DNA of 64,000 nt from Marsupella aquatica (taxonomy: Eukaryota; Plantae; Marchantiophyta): assembly GCA_973895155.1 (NCBI GenBank), contig OZ316892.1, forward strand, positions 15,244,861-15,308,860, written 5' to 3'. A model generated the notes under the pieces. It saw only the letters and a list, made by a program, of their open reading frames with translations. It searched no databases and had not been told where the DNA came from. Of the stretch, positions 27,001-38,819 are shown piece after piece (positions within the stretch are counted from its first letter, which is position 1; each line of letters begins with the position of its first letter). The translations under genes and the position numbers were made by a program.

Positions 27001-29175
27001 ATGAAAGAAGAAACATTCATGTCCACCCTTGAAGTCTTTCCACCATTGCTTCGCCGATACACACGGAGACATCCATGACACTTTACTTACTTTAAGAAAT
27101 CTTTCTTTATTTTCGGTAATTTCGTGTACAAAGATGGGCTCACCGCCCTTATTGGGAAAATGGAGCACCTCACCCCCGGGTTTCAAGGTAACATTGTGCT
27201 TTCTGAGATAACCTACCGACAAAATGAAGTCTACGGCTAGACCGTCTAGAACGTAGAACATCTTCTAACTAACAAAATTTTGTTGTTCGCCTATGACCTC
27301 TACCCGAAGTCCATGCACTACTCTCGACACTATCCACTTTGTGTCGTTGGCAAACTTGCACACTAACGGTTGTAACAACTCTTGCACGTCCACCCCAAGA
27401 CAAGCTGCCGCCTGCCCACTTATGAAGCAGGCGGTCGCGCCTGTATCCACCAAAGCAACACCCAGATTACCATTAGAAGTGACATTCACAAAAATCAGTT
27501 TTTCAGGATCCATTGTCTTAACTTTAGGTATCTTCTCTCGCAACAACACCCTCTCTCTGTTAGGGACATCCCCTACAGGGACCTTGTCAGCTTCTAAGGG
27601 TTCGGTTAGAGCGATACTTACCTTAATGCTCTTCTGCCCTCCACCATCTCCGTTTGGCTTGCCACCTTTCGTGGAACAATCCTTACTTTGATGGCCCATG
27701 GCGCCACATGTGAAGCACGAACCTTCAGCCCGCCTCTGCTCCATGGTTGCCTGCTTCTTTGCTTTTTGTGCCGATGAGGCTCCGATCTTAAAGTTGTCAG
27801 CCTTCCGGTTTCGCTTAGCTTCTCCATTCTGGGGTTGGGAATCCGAACCACTGGCCCCCGCCCCCTCAGGTTGCTTACACTTATTCCCGGGACCTTTTGC
27901 TTTCCCAGCTTCCCCCTTGGATCCCTTGCCATCCACCTTTGCCAAGTCCGGTCAGTTATTCACCAACGTAGTGGCCTTGTCGAAGGCGTCAGAAAGCGTT
28001 TTGAACTCATGACGCTTTTCTTGCAACTTTTCCCTGAGCAACGGCGGGAGCTTCACGATAAAGTTTTGAAGTTGTGTATGCAAGGTCTCTTGTCCCGCCG
28101 GGATACAAGCCAACTGATTTTGGTAATAAGCGATGAACTTTTGGATATCACCCCTGAAGCTCATCTCAGTTACACATTTCTGAGCGTGCCGCTCCGAGTA
28201 CTTAGTGGTGACATGAGCACGGAGACCATCAACCAGGTTTTCCCAAGTTAACGGCAAGGAGTCCTCTCGCGACTTCTTCCATGACTTGTACCAAGTCAAG
28301 GCATAGTCCTTCAGGTAAGGAGCGGTTGCGGTAGCCCAAGTGGAACGCTCAATGCACGCTTGGAGATGAATCTCCATCGTGGAGAGCCAACTCAGGAACT
28401 TTTGTCCACTTTGTTTGTAGGCCCCGTCGTAAGTTGGAGGAGTCGGTAGTTGGTTCACTTGGAACATACTCCGTCCAACTACCATTCTCCCCTCGGGACG
28501 CGACGCCCTTTGACTACCCAGACTAAGTAAGTACTTAATCTGGGCCCCCTTGTTGTGTTCCAACTGCTCATAGATGAGTCGTTGGTCTTGAGTCAACGAA
28601 CCCAGACCATCGTCAGCGGCCGGGCCCTTGCGGGTTGTATGAGGAGGGTCCTCCAACCGTCTTTCCTTTGCGGGCCGCCTATCCTTAGGTTCTCTTATGG
28701 ATTTTGGTGATACCCCTCGCGTCTTGCGAGCACCATGACCCCCCGGGACTGAGGTATCACCCACGTCATCCTGGTTTTGCTTGGTCAAATTATCCACGAT
28801 GACGTCCGTCTCGACATCATCCTCTGGTTTTGCATTCAACCCTCTCAAGGCTGGGATCAATTCCTCCTCTGGGTCCTAACCCTCTTCCTCTATTTTGGCT
28901 TCAGCCTCGTCATCGCTTCCTTCTATGTCAAAGTCATCGTCATCCGACCCATCCTCTGAAGGATCAGCCACCTCCTTCCCTTTAAGTCGATGGCGCTCTA
29001 CACTCGACTTGTTTGCCGCAGCGATCGACGGTTCGGCCGTTGCGTCTTCTTCATCTTGCTTGTAATGTTTGTCTAGGGCAGTCGACCCATCTTCCTTTTA
29101 TTCATCGTGAACTTGGGCTCTCCCCTTGGTGGTGGGAGCCTGCTTGCCACTCTTTGCGCGAGTGTTTTTTGCCAT
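24055..29175 (-). pseudogene. Chromovirus gag-pol, one frame of 1706 codons with 7 in-frame stops
   Basis: ATG at 29175 (MAKNTRAKSG). Knuckle CFTCGAMGHQSKDC; protease LVDTGAT; RT YPLP and VFIDDILIYS; RNase H IDASDYAIGA; integrase SISMDFI and DGQTER; C-terminal chromodomain EEFEVKAILDHR...EYLVKWAGYDQAESTWEPEENL. All the track ORFs share one frame. Confidence 0.94.
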
Positions 29176-29320
29176 GTCCCCAGCGACCAAATCTGCCCGC
29201 AGTCGACCCGCCGGGCACGTTGAAGCACTAAGTCCCCGCAAAAATCCGTTAAGATTTTTGGATTCCGACTTAACGCGACCCCGGCCCGGTGTCTATGCCG
29301 GCAATTGCTCTGATACCACA

Positions 29321-30814
29321 AGTGGTGGACCTCGCCACCCAGCGCCGTCACCAATCCCAGCACTTGCGCCTAAGTGTGCTTAGTGCCCGAACGCCTCCAT
29401 GGAATACCTCGAGCAAGCATCCCAATGCCTCTATCACTACCTGCGGCCCCTCCCATACGAAGCCACACTTGCTCACCTACACGACCGCTACTCAACGGTC
29501 CTCACAGTCTGCACAAGCAACCAAGCACCTCGGTAAATAACCCCTTCGGATCTAGAACTCGCCAAGTCTAGCCTCCTAACTCAAGCTCAACAGACGTTGG
29601 TAAATAGGTCAGCGATAGGTCCTCCCGATGCCATAAGCCGGAACCAGAACCCACGCCCACTGTCCGTCCAAGATAGCTCCTTCCTTGGGCGTGGCCCGGG
29701 TTCCCCCTCGTACCTATCCATCACCAATTGACCGCCCTGACCTCAGGACATACTCATGGCCCAAATAGCATAGCTTGTCCTAAAGCTTGTCCCAAGCTTG
29801 TCTCAACACGCCGGGACCAGAACGGCCCCGACTCTAACAACCGCTTTCGGTTCGCCCCACTGATGGTCTAGGGACCGAGCGCCCTTGGGACTCAGCCTCC
29901 ATACCTACTTGGCCTTGCCTCCCCAACGCAAGCTCCCTTGGGAGGCTGAACGCGGCTTGGCTGCTGTTCGGCAGGATTTGGCAAGCGAGCGAGCTAACAC
30001 CCGCAAACCACGAGAACCCATGGCACCCCCAGACCCTTCGGAGCTCAGGATGGCGTAGCCCTTGTCAAGATCTTTCCAGCGCACCCAAGAAGTCCTCCAA
30101 CAGACTTTCCATTGGGAAGATATCGTCATTTCCGTTTGGCGGTTTCCCTTAGTGTCGCGACCGCCGCGGCTCACGACTTCGGCTCGGCCTTAGCCCCCAG
30201 GGAGACACCACTCCCCTCATATATGCTTCTGGAGACCTGCCACCCCCGGACCAACTTTGGTCCCTAAACATTTGGCCCCCAACCCGGATCCCATCGCGCA
30301 TAATGGGCGCGCCACCAACTGGCAACGCCCATAACTTTCTTGATAGGCATCTGCAAGTGGAGTGCCTTAGCCCGTTGTGACTGGGCCGACCCAGTGCTCA
30401 TGCCTAGGCCCTCAGGTCTGATCGCTGCTCGGGGCCCCCGACCGGCCCAACCCGGATCGGACCACAACTTGCGCCCCAAGCGTCCGTTGCCAATGGCGTC
30501 AACTCCATTGGCCTTGGGCCCAAGAGGAGCTCACTCCCAAGCCCTCAAAACTCGAAGCCCATCCGATAGTCCGGACGGCCATCCTTGAGTCCGGCCCGTT
30601 TGCCCTTGACCTGACCAGCCATAGGCTAGTCCAAGCCCTTAGTGTGTGTCCCCGCCTTGGCCCCTTGCCTCGCCAGAGCCACGTCTCATTGCCCACAAGT
30701 CTCCCCATCCTAAGTCCTCCCCGGATGGCCTATCCGGGCCTGGACCATAAGGGAGCTCGGCGTCGGAGTCAGCGACGCCGGAGCTAAGTGTTAAGGTAGT
30801 CGAGTTCCGCGACT
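29321..30814 (-). repeat. Chromovirus 5' LTR
   Basis: Same termini as the 3' LTR; separated from the PBS by 2 nt. Confidence 0.95.
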
Positions 30815-30916
30815 GGCCACAATAGGGGTGAAGTGAAAATTAAAAGCAAGTATCAAATATTAAGGGTTTGGCCACAATAGGGGTGAATTGAAAAATAAAA
30901 GCAAGTATCAAATATT
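30815..30916. repeat. ~55-bp tandem duplication; the chromovirus inserted into the first copy
   Basis: ggccacaataggggtgaa(g/t)tgaaaa(t/a)taaaagcaagtatcaaatatt occurs twice; the second copy keeps the intact junction agggtttGGCCAcaatag. Confidence 0.88.
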
Positions 30917-33198
30917 GTCTATTATGTCACCAATGGGATTGTCTTGTTGGTAATAGATGAGTGGTTGAATTTATTGATTAGACTAAGAAGCTAAGTGTTG
31001 AACAAAGACTACATTCATAACAGCAAATCCATGACTATCCAACGCACAAGTACAATAGTCGACATAGATAGATATGTAATTCATCTCAGATGAGGCTACG
31101 TACACGGGATCACAATAGAGCTTTATAACATTCTAGGCCCGTCAGCCATACCAAGTTTCCGCAATAGAAAATCTATGCATCTCTCAACAATGAGACTAAG
31201 TTCCTCTTATCCAAGCAAACACCATTTTGGATATAGTGTACAACATGACTAGTCTAACCAAGTTTGTGACTAAGATTAGCCCTAACTATGGTTATAGTCA
31301 TAACCTTAGACCTAAAAGTAAATGCCTACCATTGGGGTTTCTCAATCTTCACTTATGATTTTCTAAAATCTTTAAAACTATCATGATTTGATATGCAAAT
31401 GTGTAAACTTCTTAATTCATCTCTTGTGTAACAGCAAATAGAATTCATGTTTCTATAAGATTATTCTTAAAAACAATTGTTGCAAACACCTATGATAGAG
31501 TGATTATCCATATTCATGTAAGAGAACATACAAAATCTTTCTGTGGGAGGTAAAGATCATTCATTTAAGTTTGTTTGGAAAAATCATAACAAATACAAGG
31601 TAAATAATAACTATTGACATCATATGTGCATGATACTTGCAATAGCATAAATTAGAATTGAAATATATAAAATTGAGAAGTTGGTGGAAGATTTAACAAG
31701 ACAATTGGTTAACCTTCCAACACATCTATCTAACCTCTACCTTAACTCTGCGGAGCTAAAGTACATGGGTGTGACAATGTCAAATCCTTAAGTATCTCTC
31801 CACGTCTCATCCACACTAAATAGTACTTCTTTGCCCAATACATATGGGATTGCATAAGGATTTGATGTTACTACATGAAGGTGCACTCTTCTCACCAACA
31901 ATAATTTTGTCCTTTATTTACCTTTGCAGATAATGAGCTCATTAGCAGGGACCCCAAGCCCGCCAACAAGGTTCATGAGGGAGGACCAAAAAATCAATCT
32001 CTACATCATTTGAGTGGTGCCTCAAGTTGGCAAAACTACCAGCTCAGAATCCTGAGGTCTAGGGTTCAAATTGTAACTTCTAACTTGAGAATTTTGTGCA
32101 AGTATATTAATAACCTTTTGGGGGGTAGGAACTCGTGAGGGAGCCTAGGTTCCCGCTAACAATTTAAGCTCAGAGGTGGCTTTGTAGTAATGAGCTCAAT
32201 TTCACTCTATTGTTCTGGGTGGCCAAAATCATGCAACCATGTATTAGTTTCTGCATGGTCATGTGCAGTTTGGGTATCCATGAGGGCATCCTCTTTGACA
32301 TACTTGCTATTTGTTTACATTGTTGTGAAGAGAATTATTATTACAGTGCTTTCTTAGTGGTCTCAAAGTACTAAAGAGACTAAACTACTAAAGAGTCAGG
32401 GGTACAAACTTTTGCTTTTTCCAGGGGTGAGATCACCTTGGTGTCACTCTCAAATTAGCCAATTTGGCCCAAAAGCATAGTGAACCACAAACAAGTTGCT
32501 AGAGAGTGACTTGACATGACACTCATAGTGATACAAGTAACCAGTCAATCCTTGGAGACATAGGTATTCTTCTTTCATGATGTACCACTCTAGTCAACTC
32601 AATTCCAGGTATCTCTTGGTTTTTGGACAAGTTTTGGAAAATGACATTGGGCATATCTCAAACATGGGTTTGATACTTAGAGAAATCATTTTCTTAAAAC
32701 GACTTCTAGTGTAATTTAGTGTAATTTAATTCGGCCTTTGTGACCGACCCCCTCTGTTCGTGCCTGGTCTATTTTCGCTTTTTCCGAAACAGCTTCACGG
32801 TGTTTGGCTTTCCATTCTCTCCTAGAGTCGTCTGGCTTCGATGTGGACCATAAACCCTGACCTATTCGACGCTGCCGTTTGATTGAGGAGCCTAAAGCCC
32901 TAAACCCCTCAATGCCCTATTCACCTTTCTAAAGGGATTGGAGTTTCTTTGGGAAAGGATCGTTACAATTAAATCGGAGCACGGAGTCTGGTATACAATT
33001 TTTCACATTGGGCCCTTTCCTGAGCTCGACGGCGAGGCTCCAGTCTCGTGTTGAGCCAAGCGTTTTGAACAGAAGTGCACGTCCAGTCAGGTCCGATTGA
33101 TCCAGACCTCGGCGGGATTCTACACTACAGCAGAGAGTGCGGCCTGCTCGAATTTTGTTGAACTCTGCTCCGCTCCCAACCTGCCCTTCTCCCAAACG

Positions 33199-36163
33199 AT
33201 GACCATTTGTTGCGAATTCGTAGCTCTTGCGGGCGCATTTCCGTTCTGCTCGCCTCTGCCTTCTTCCGCTGCTGCACTCGTCGTCTCCCTTCTGCCGCTG
33301 AACGGCTCACACCACTGGCCGCACCATGGGAGGAGGAAGAGTTGTATCAGACGGAGGCCAGGGGCGTTGAACAGCAAGGATCGGCTTCGTTGGTTTCAGG
33401 ACTCGGAGAATCCATTCTCCGATGAAGTTATTGGTAGTTGTTCGCATTCTTCTTCGTCTGCTGGGCAGTACTTCGGGTTTCCGTCGTCATCGTCGAAGCG
33501 TTGTGGGTCCTCTCCTCGGGCTGAAGCGGAGAACGGTATCTGGGGGGCGGACGATCACGACCACACCTCACCCCTGAGCCCTGACAATGGCGTTTCTCTC
33601 TTTGATTACGCTTCGCTTCATATCGTTGGCTCTCCATCTCAGGCAACGCCTTTGTCACTTGATCGCTCGCGTTAGATGGAAGTTCTGTCCTTAATTTGGG
33701 AAATAGAAAACAGCCTTTGCTCCTGCTCGTACTGAGACTTTTGATGTTTTGCGTTCCGAATAGGGTGATGCGTCGTCGAGCCCAGCCTCTTTAATTGTTG
33801 CTGGAGCTGCTTCAAATAACCGTGCAGGGCTACATCGTACTCCAATTTCAGGAGGTGTTCAAAGTGCCACTTCTTCTCATGGTCTGCCACACCCAGCCAT
33901 AGCTGTTCGTAACTTGATTGAACAGGCAAGTACCGTATTGTTGTGTCTCTTTCAAGGTCATTTTTATCTGGTAATATGGTGTTGTCAGCAGCAGTCAACT
34001 GTGAGCTCTTGTTGTACAGGAGTGATTATCTAGAAAGCTTGTACCGGGTAGATGTTATTCAGCAAGAAGGTTTTCTCTGGGACCAAATTTAATTCAACTG
34101 TCTTGAAAGCATTTAGCGTGACTCGATTGGTTTCTTTGTCCAGCGAAGTTTCTGGCCACACTTTCTAAATTGGATAGTCACCTTCATGGTGATTTTCAGG
34201 CTCGTTATGCACACCTCTGTTCTATCATGTCTCGCATGCACCATCGGAGACGTGGGTATCCGTTTGGTTCGCTCGTGGAATTCGCCACCGATTCTTCAGG
34301 ACGTAAGGCATTACTAATTTCGTCCTAGCATTATCCTATTGGTTGCGGCATTTGGGGCCTTTATCAGGATCTTGAGTCGCGTTTGTGTGAGGTTCATGTG
34401 ATTGTTTTAGTTTCGGTTACACAGCTCTAATGGGATTGCCACTGCCAATGTAGCTGCGATTCTACTCTGCTCTGATTTAGCATTTGTATTCGTGGATTGG
34501 AGGATGGAGTGAGTTCTGATTCTTAGCCCGTCGATAACCTCCAAGTGGAGCTGACTTTGCTTACTGTCCGGTATTCCAGATCCGATACTTTCTCTGTCTC
34601 CTTTGGCTATCCATACCAGGAACCTCCTTGCAGATCCCCGTTGTACGTTGGTGGTCCAGGTGCCGTTCAGAACCAAAACTTTAAGAGCTCTGCGAGTCTG
34701 TAATATTAGTGAATGTTTTCAGCTGTGATTACTCCATTAACTGTTGTCTTGGTTTTGTCCTCATGGATAAAGGAAACCGTGGCGGACCCTGATTATCAGC
34801 TGACGCAATGATATTTGCCTCTGGTCGTGAATCAGGGACCTCGAGATTTTGTACTTCGGATGTATAATTTCGTTGTCATGATTCTGTACTTTAATCTGAT
34901 ACAACGGAATACAAGGCTTCATGAAAAATCTCGGACTCCTATTTATATTTGTCGTTTTATCTGAGTTAAAATATCTTAGCGGAATTCTACTTTCCATCCG
35001 TGTGAGCACGTTACTACATGCTGATGTGCGATTCTGCCAGGTACCTGGGTGGAGTGGTCTAGCAAATGCGAGGGTGACACTATTCGGTGACGTATATCCG
35101 CTTCCTCCCGAGCGACAGGTAAGGAGTTATGAAGTACGTGGGCAGCTTTTGAATTGCATTGAAGACTAGTGATGGTTAGAAGTACTTCAAGTTTTCTATC
35201 ATAAAGAGCAGGAAAGAGAGGATTTGACGTAGCCTGACGCAGGAATGGGCACACAAACATTACACTGTCAAACATCAACACGGGGCATCCCAGCAGTGGG
35301 GAAACTTCAACTATTATCGAATGGAGACTATCAGGTCTGGTTTCTGTTAAAAGTAGCCCATGAACAAAACAAATTAATCTTTCTAAACTACAGGTCGCTA
35401 AACCATGAACCCTAAAACTCGCACTACTAACAACTGGGTAGTGTCCTGGAATTCGCCACAGTGATGTCTACTTCGTCGGAGGATTCGGGACAGTCGCATG
35501 GGTGGATGTGAATGAGTACGAGAGTGCACTTCCAGATGTTATTGCTGCCCGTGGTTCTGAGCAGACATTGCAGGTTTGATTCTTGCCTCCTTCTTAGTCA
35601 TATCTTATATTATTTTTGCCATGAGCCACACGTGAGCAGTAGCTAGATCCAAGATAGTTAGAATCTCTTAGAGCGGACTTTTCAGCTAAGGGGTACGCTT
35701 GGAGTTTTGGAGGTAGTGAAAGTAAAATTCAAGAAGAAGTCTTGTATGGTATAATCATTCTGTTTTGCATTGTCTGCAGGAGTTGAATTCAAAGTTCTCC
35801 AGACCGCTTAGAGAGGTTCTATCAATTGAGTCAGAGGTTGATGATGCTGCTCTTATCTCGATTGACAGCAAAGGTGTTGATATCCGCGTCCGTCAAGGGG
35901 CTCAGGTACGATTATGTGGACCCAAGAAAAAACATCGATACTCCCGTATGCTATTGTTATAATCATCGCCAAGGAGTGCAATTGATATTCAGATATATGC
36001 AGAGGGGTTTCCATCCTTTCAAGGAGTTGACTTGTATACCCTGGTTGCGCAGTTCAACGTACAAAGGTTACCATTTCTGGAAGATCACGGTGTGGAAACT
36101 TTGGATCAAGCAATCGCGGCTCTTCAAAAGGTCTTGGATGATGCCTCAAAAATTTCGCACTAA
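33199..36163 (+). CDS. Pyridoxamine 5'-phosphate oxidase-like (FMN split-barrel) plus DUF2470 protein, probably plastid-targeted, ~9 exons
   Basis: Spliced translation: RAGLHRTPISGGVQSATSSHGLPHPAIAVRNLIEQ|ARYAHLCSIMSRMHHRRRGYPFGSLVEFATD|..SPLAIHTRNLLADPRCTLVVQ|VPGWSGLANARVTLFGDVYPLP|EWAH..QQWGNFNYYRM|DVYFVGGFGTVAWVDV|..ISIDSKGVDIRVRQGAQ|FNVQRL. Exons ~33763-33925, 34200-34302, 34580-34659, 35041-35118, 35243-35334, 35462-35573, 35780-35905, 36053-36163. The end of exon 1 is uncertain. Confidence 0.9.
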
Positions 36164-38469
36164 TCTTGCAGCAGTTCTACTCAATTTTGTGGTAAGGAAG
36201 TAAATCGTCTCCTAAACACAAGTCCCCTTTAAGAGTTCAATACGCTACACACGTTTCACCTGTTGCTACCCACCTCAGGAACTCCTACGAACCTACGAAT
36301 GCTTTGCACCGTGAGTTGGGCAGTACGTTTAACAATCTCAGCAGTAGGGATGAATTAAGATCTGACACCACTCATTATGCATGAGCCGTCACCGGACCAA
36401 TTACTTCCTGTGACCGCATTTGTCCGCCAAAGTTTCGGATTTGATTTGCTTCCGGTTTTGAAACTCGTATTTTAGCTGTCATGTACACACTGTAAAAAAG
36501 CCAGGTTATAGAGGAGGGCAGTTGCGGAAAATTCTGTTCACCGAAGCGTTTTAAAGCCTCATCCCTCGTCACTGTGACACATAAATTTTGTCATTGTATT
36601 TAGGCGTCTTAGATGGAGCCTAGCAACTCATACATCGTTACAATCCCAATACTGAGCTATTATATGTATTATATGATCATTGACGCACCAAGTTTGAAAG
36701 CGAACATTCTGAATTGCTGAAGCCTATTCTAAAGTCTCCATTATGGATCTTGCCCGAAGGCTTTAAGGATCGCATTTGAATTGGAATAATGGTACAGGAA
36801 AACTATATTCTATAAGATTTCTAAAACATCCTTCTTGAATCAGTTGTTGTGCTCCCCTGTTACTCTCGCTCTCGTCACTTGACATCCTGGAAGAGAGATC
36901 TGGAGTACATATTCAGTGTTGTTTTGATTTTATCTCACCAATTTAAGAGATGCCTAGTTTACCGCATGGGCTCATACCAAGTTCGACCCATTTGGGAGGC
37001 ATGTGACTCTCAAAGCGATCAAATTGATGCTCATTTATGTACCTGCTTGCTCATGGCCAGAGTGACTGACAACTATGAACAGGTTGTCTACAAACTCTGT
37101 TCACTGTACATCCAATGGCCCACGCATTGCTTTGAGACCTTTGCGTCTGGTATGATGTGACAATTCTTGGCCTAAGGCTAAAATAAGGTTATCTGTGGCC
37201 AATTCTCGAATCTAACAGATTATCTCCAGTCCAGGAAACCCAATTTGGGGAACTCAACCATTTTCGTGAGGACAAAATGTGGTCTCGTCCTTATACATGT
37301 GCCCGGACATGTGTAAATAGTACATTACCTCTTTTGGAATGTTTTGGACAATCATTTGGACAAAAGAGCCTTCTTCTTGCCTCGATTCACTCTGATACGA
37401 GAGGAAACACTTTTGATATATACAGATCTCATTGATGGGACTCTCCTTGCTCTCGAAGTCCAGTGGGATTGAAATAGTGTTATGTAAATCTCAAAATCGT
37501 GCATTTTAAACAATTGTTTTTGGCCCAGTGTAAAGAAGATGGGTGCCACAAGTTATGCATGTAGTTGGTCAGGGTTTGGTCGTGCTGACATTGTCATTAA
37601 AACTCTGCAGTCGCAATCCCTACATAAGATGTCCCTTGCATGTTACATGATTGGCTATGCTTATATTATTGCAGTTTGGAATGAACTTACCAAGCTTGGC
37701 GGTGTGATATTGTTTTGAATTCATGTACAGAAATGGAGCCCTTGTTGTGATTTGACTTATTTCCTCGGTTTGATAGTAGGCAAAAGTGAGCCTCCTTGGT
37801 GACTTCTAAATATTTACTTTGACCATAATTTTGTCAAGCTGTTGGGGTTAGCAGGCGTGATTGGGCATAGTAGTGAGAGGATTCGTCAGGCTCGACCTTG
37901 GACATGTGTTGTTGGAGCCCAAAACACCCTCTTAGTGTGTTATTAAGTATTGGTTGCTCATCTATGTCTGCAACCTAAAATCCAGACGGTCTTGAGAATT
38001 GCATTTTAGACAGATATATACATATTCCTTTGCATCCTGAGCCGTCGTTTTCGAGCAATACCTCCTGCTTCTCTTATCTTGTCTTCCAGCGCTATTCACT
38101 ATCAAATCAACCAGGGTTCAACAAAGTAGGAACCAAATACTCATGTCAACCATATAAGTTGGGAGCAACTTGGGAAGACACAAATCTGTACGCGATGTAT
38201 TAAAGTTTGCCCCCTGCAAGTGTTGTTCATTATGAGCCTTATGCCTGTGTAGCTTTTCAATTCTCATCATTAATGTGCACACAATGGCCCTAGTCTTGGC
38301 ATTTCGGATGTACATGCTACTGCATCTTTGGGGGGATCTGACCTTGTTTGCCTTACCTGGCCATTGCGGCAAGTACCTCGATCGTCAGGCCTTGTAGGAT
38401 CAATCCACTATGGGTCTGTGTTGAAATCCATGATGATGTTGCCAGCACTTACTACCTCATTCATAAAGT

Positions 38470-38810
38470 CTTCACCAAAAACATCCACTCCATTTTCGCA
38501 AGAAAATAGCCTCTACTTCTATAAGATTAGTACCACGAGAGACATGAACTTTGAAGGTAGTGGTGGTAGGACACTGGTAATGAAAGGCAAAGAGAATTTT
38601 GTACAACACTGGTCGTTTGGGCAACCAATATGGATATGGAATACCTTTTTCATTAAGTTTACCCAACAAATACCAACAACGCCCAATCCTCTTACTTTCA
38701 ATCCTGTCTCTCTAATCAATTGAGCACATACTCCCCATTCCTTGCCCTTGAATGCACCTCTACAACCCCGACTCTTACCACTTGTTGAGATGCGAGCCAA
38801 AAAGAACATC
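38470..38810 (-). pseudogene. Decayed C-terminal fragment of a bryophyte/fern-type transposase-like protein
   Basis: Frameshifted translation FLARISTSGKSRGCRG..C..LIRE / YW.CPNDQCCTK..VLPPLPSK / VSRGTNLIEVEAIFL. Resembles from memory the C-termini of SWIM-type TE proteins of mosses and ferns. Confidence 0.45.
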
Positions 38811-38819
38811 CCAATGTCA

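Larger units (their letters stand above)
22118..30814 (-). mobile_element. Full-length Ty3/gypsy chromovirus with non-canonical AGT...ACT LTR ends
   Basis: ~1.5-kb LTRs at 22118-23616 and 29321-30814. TSD GGCCA at 22113-22117 and 30815-30819. Perfect tRNA-iMet PBS TGGTATCAGAGC (29307-29318, -). PPT AAGGGGGGG (23621-23629, -). Single gag-PR-RT-RH-IN-chromodomain frame. Confidence 0.96.

Noticed and set aside
27946-27954. Programmed stop-codon readthrough between gag and pol
   Set aside because: This TGA lies upstream of the gag zinc knuckle and is one of seven similar transition-type stops, including some inside integrase; decay explains it.
31942-32160. Degenerate inverted repeats suggesting a MITE
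   Set aside because: The arms match only loosely and no TSD could be identified.
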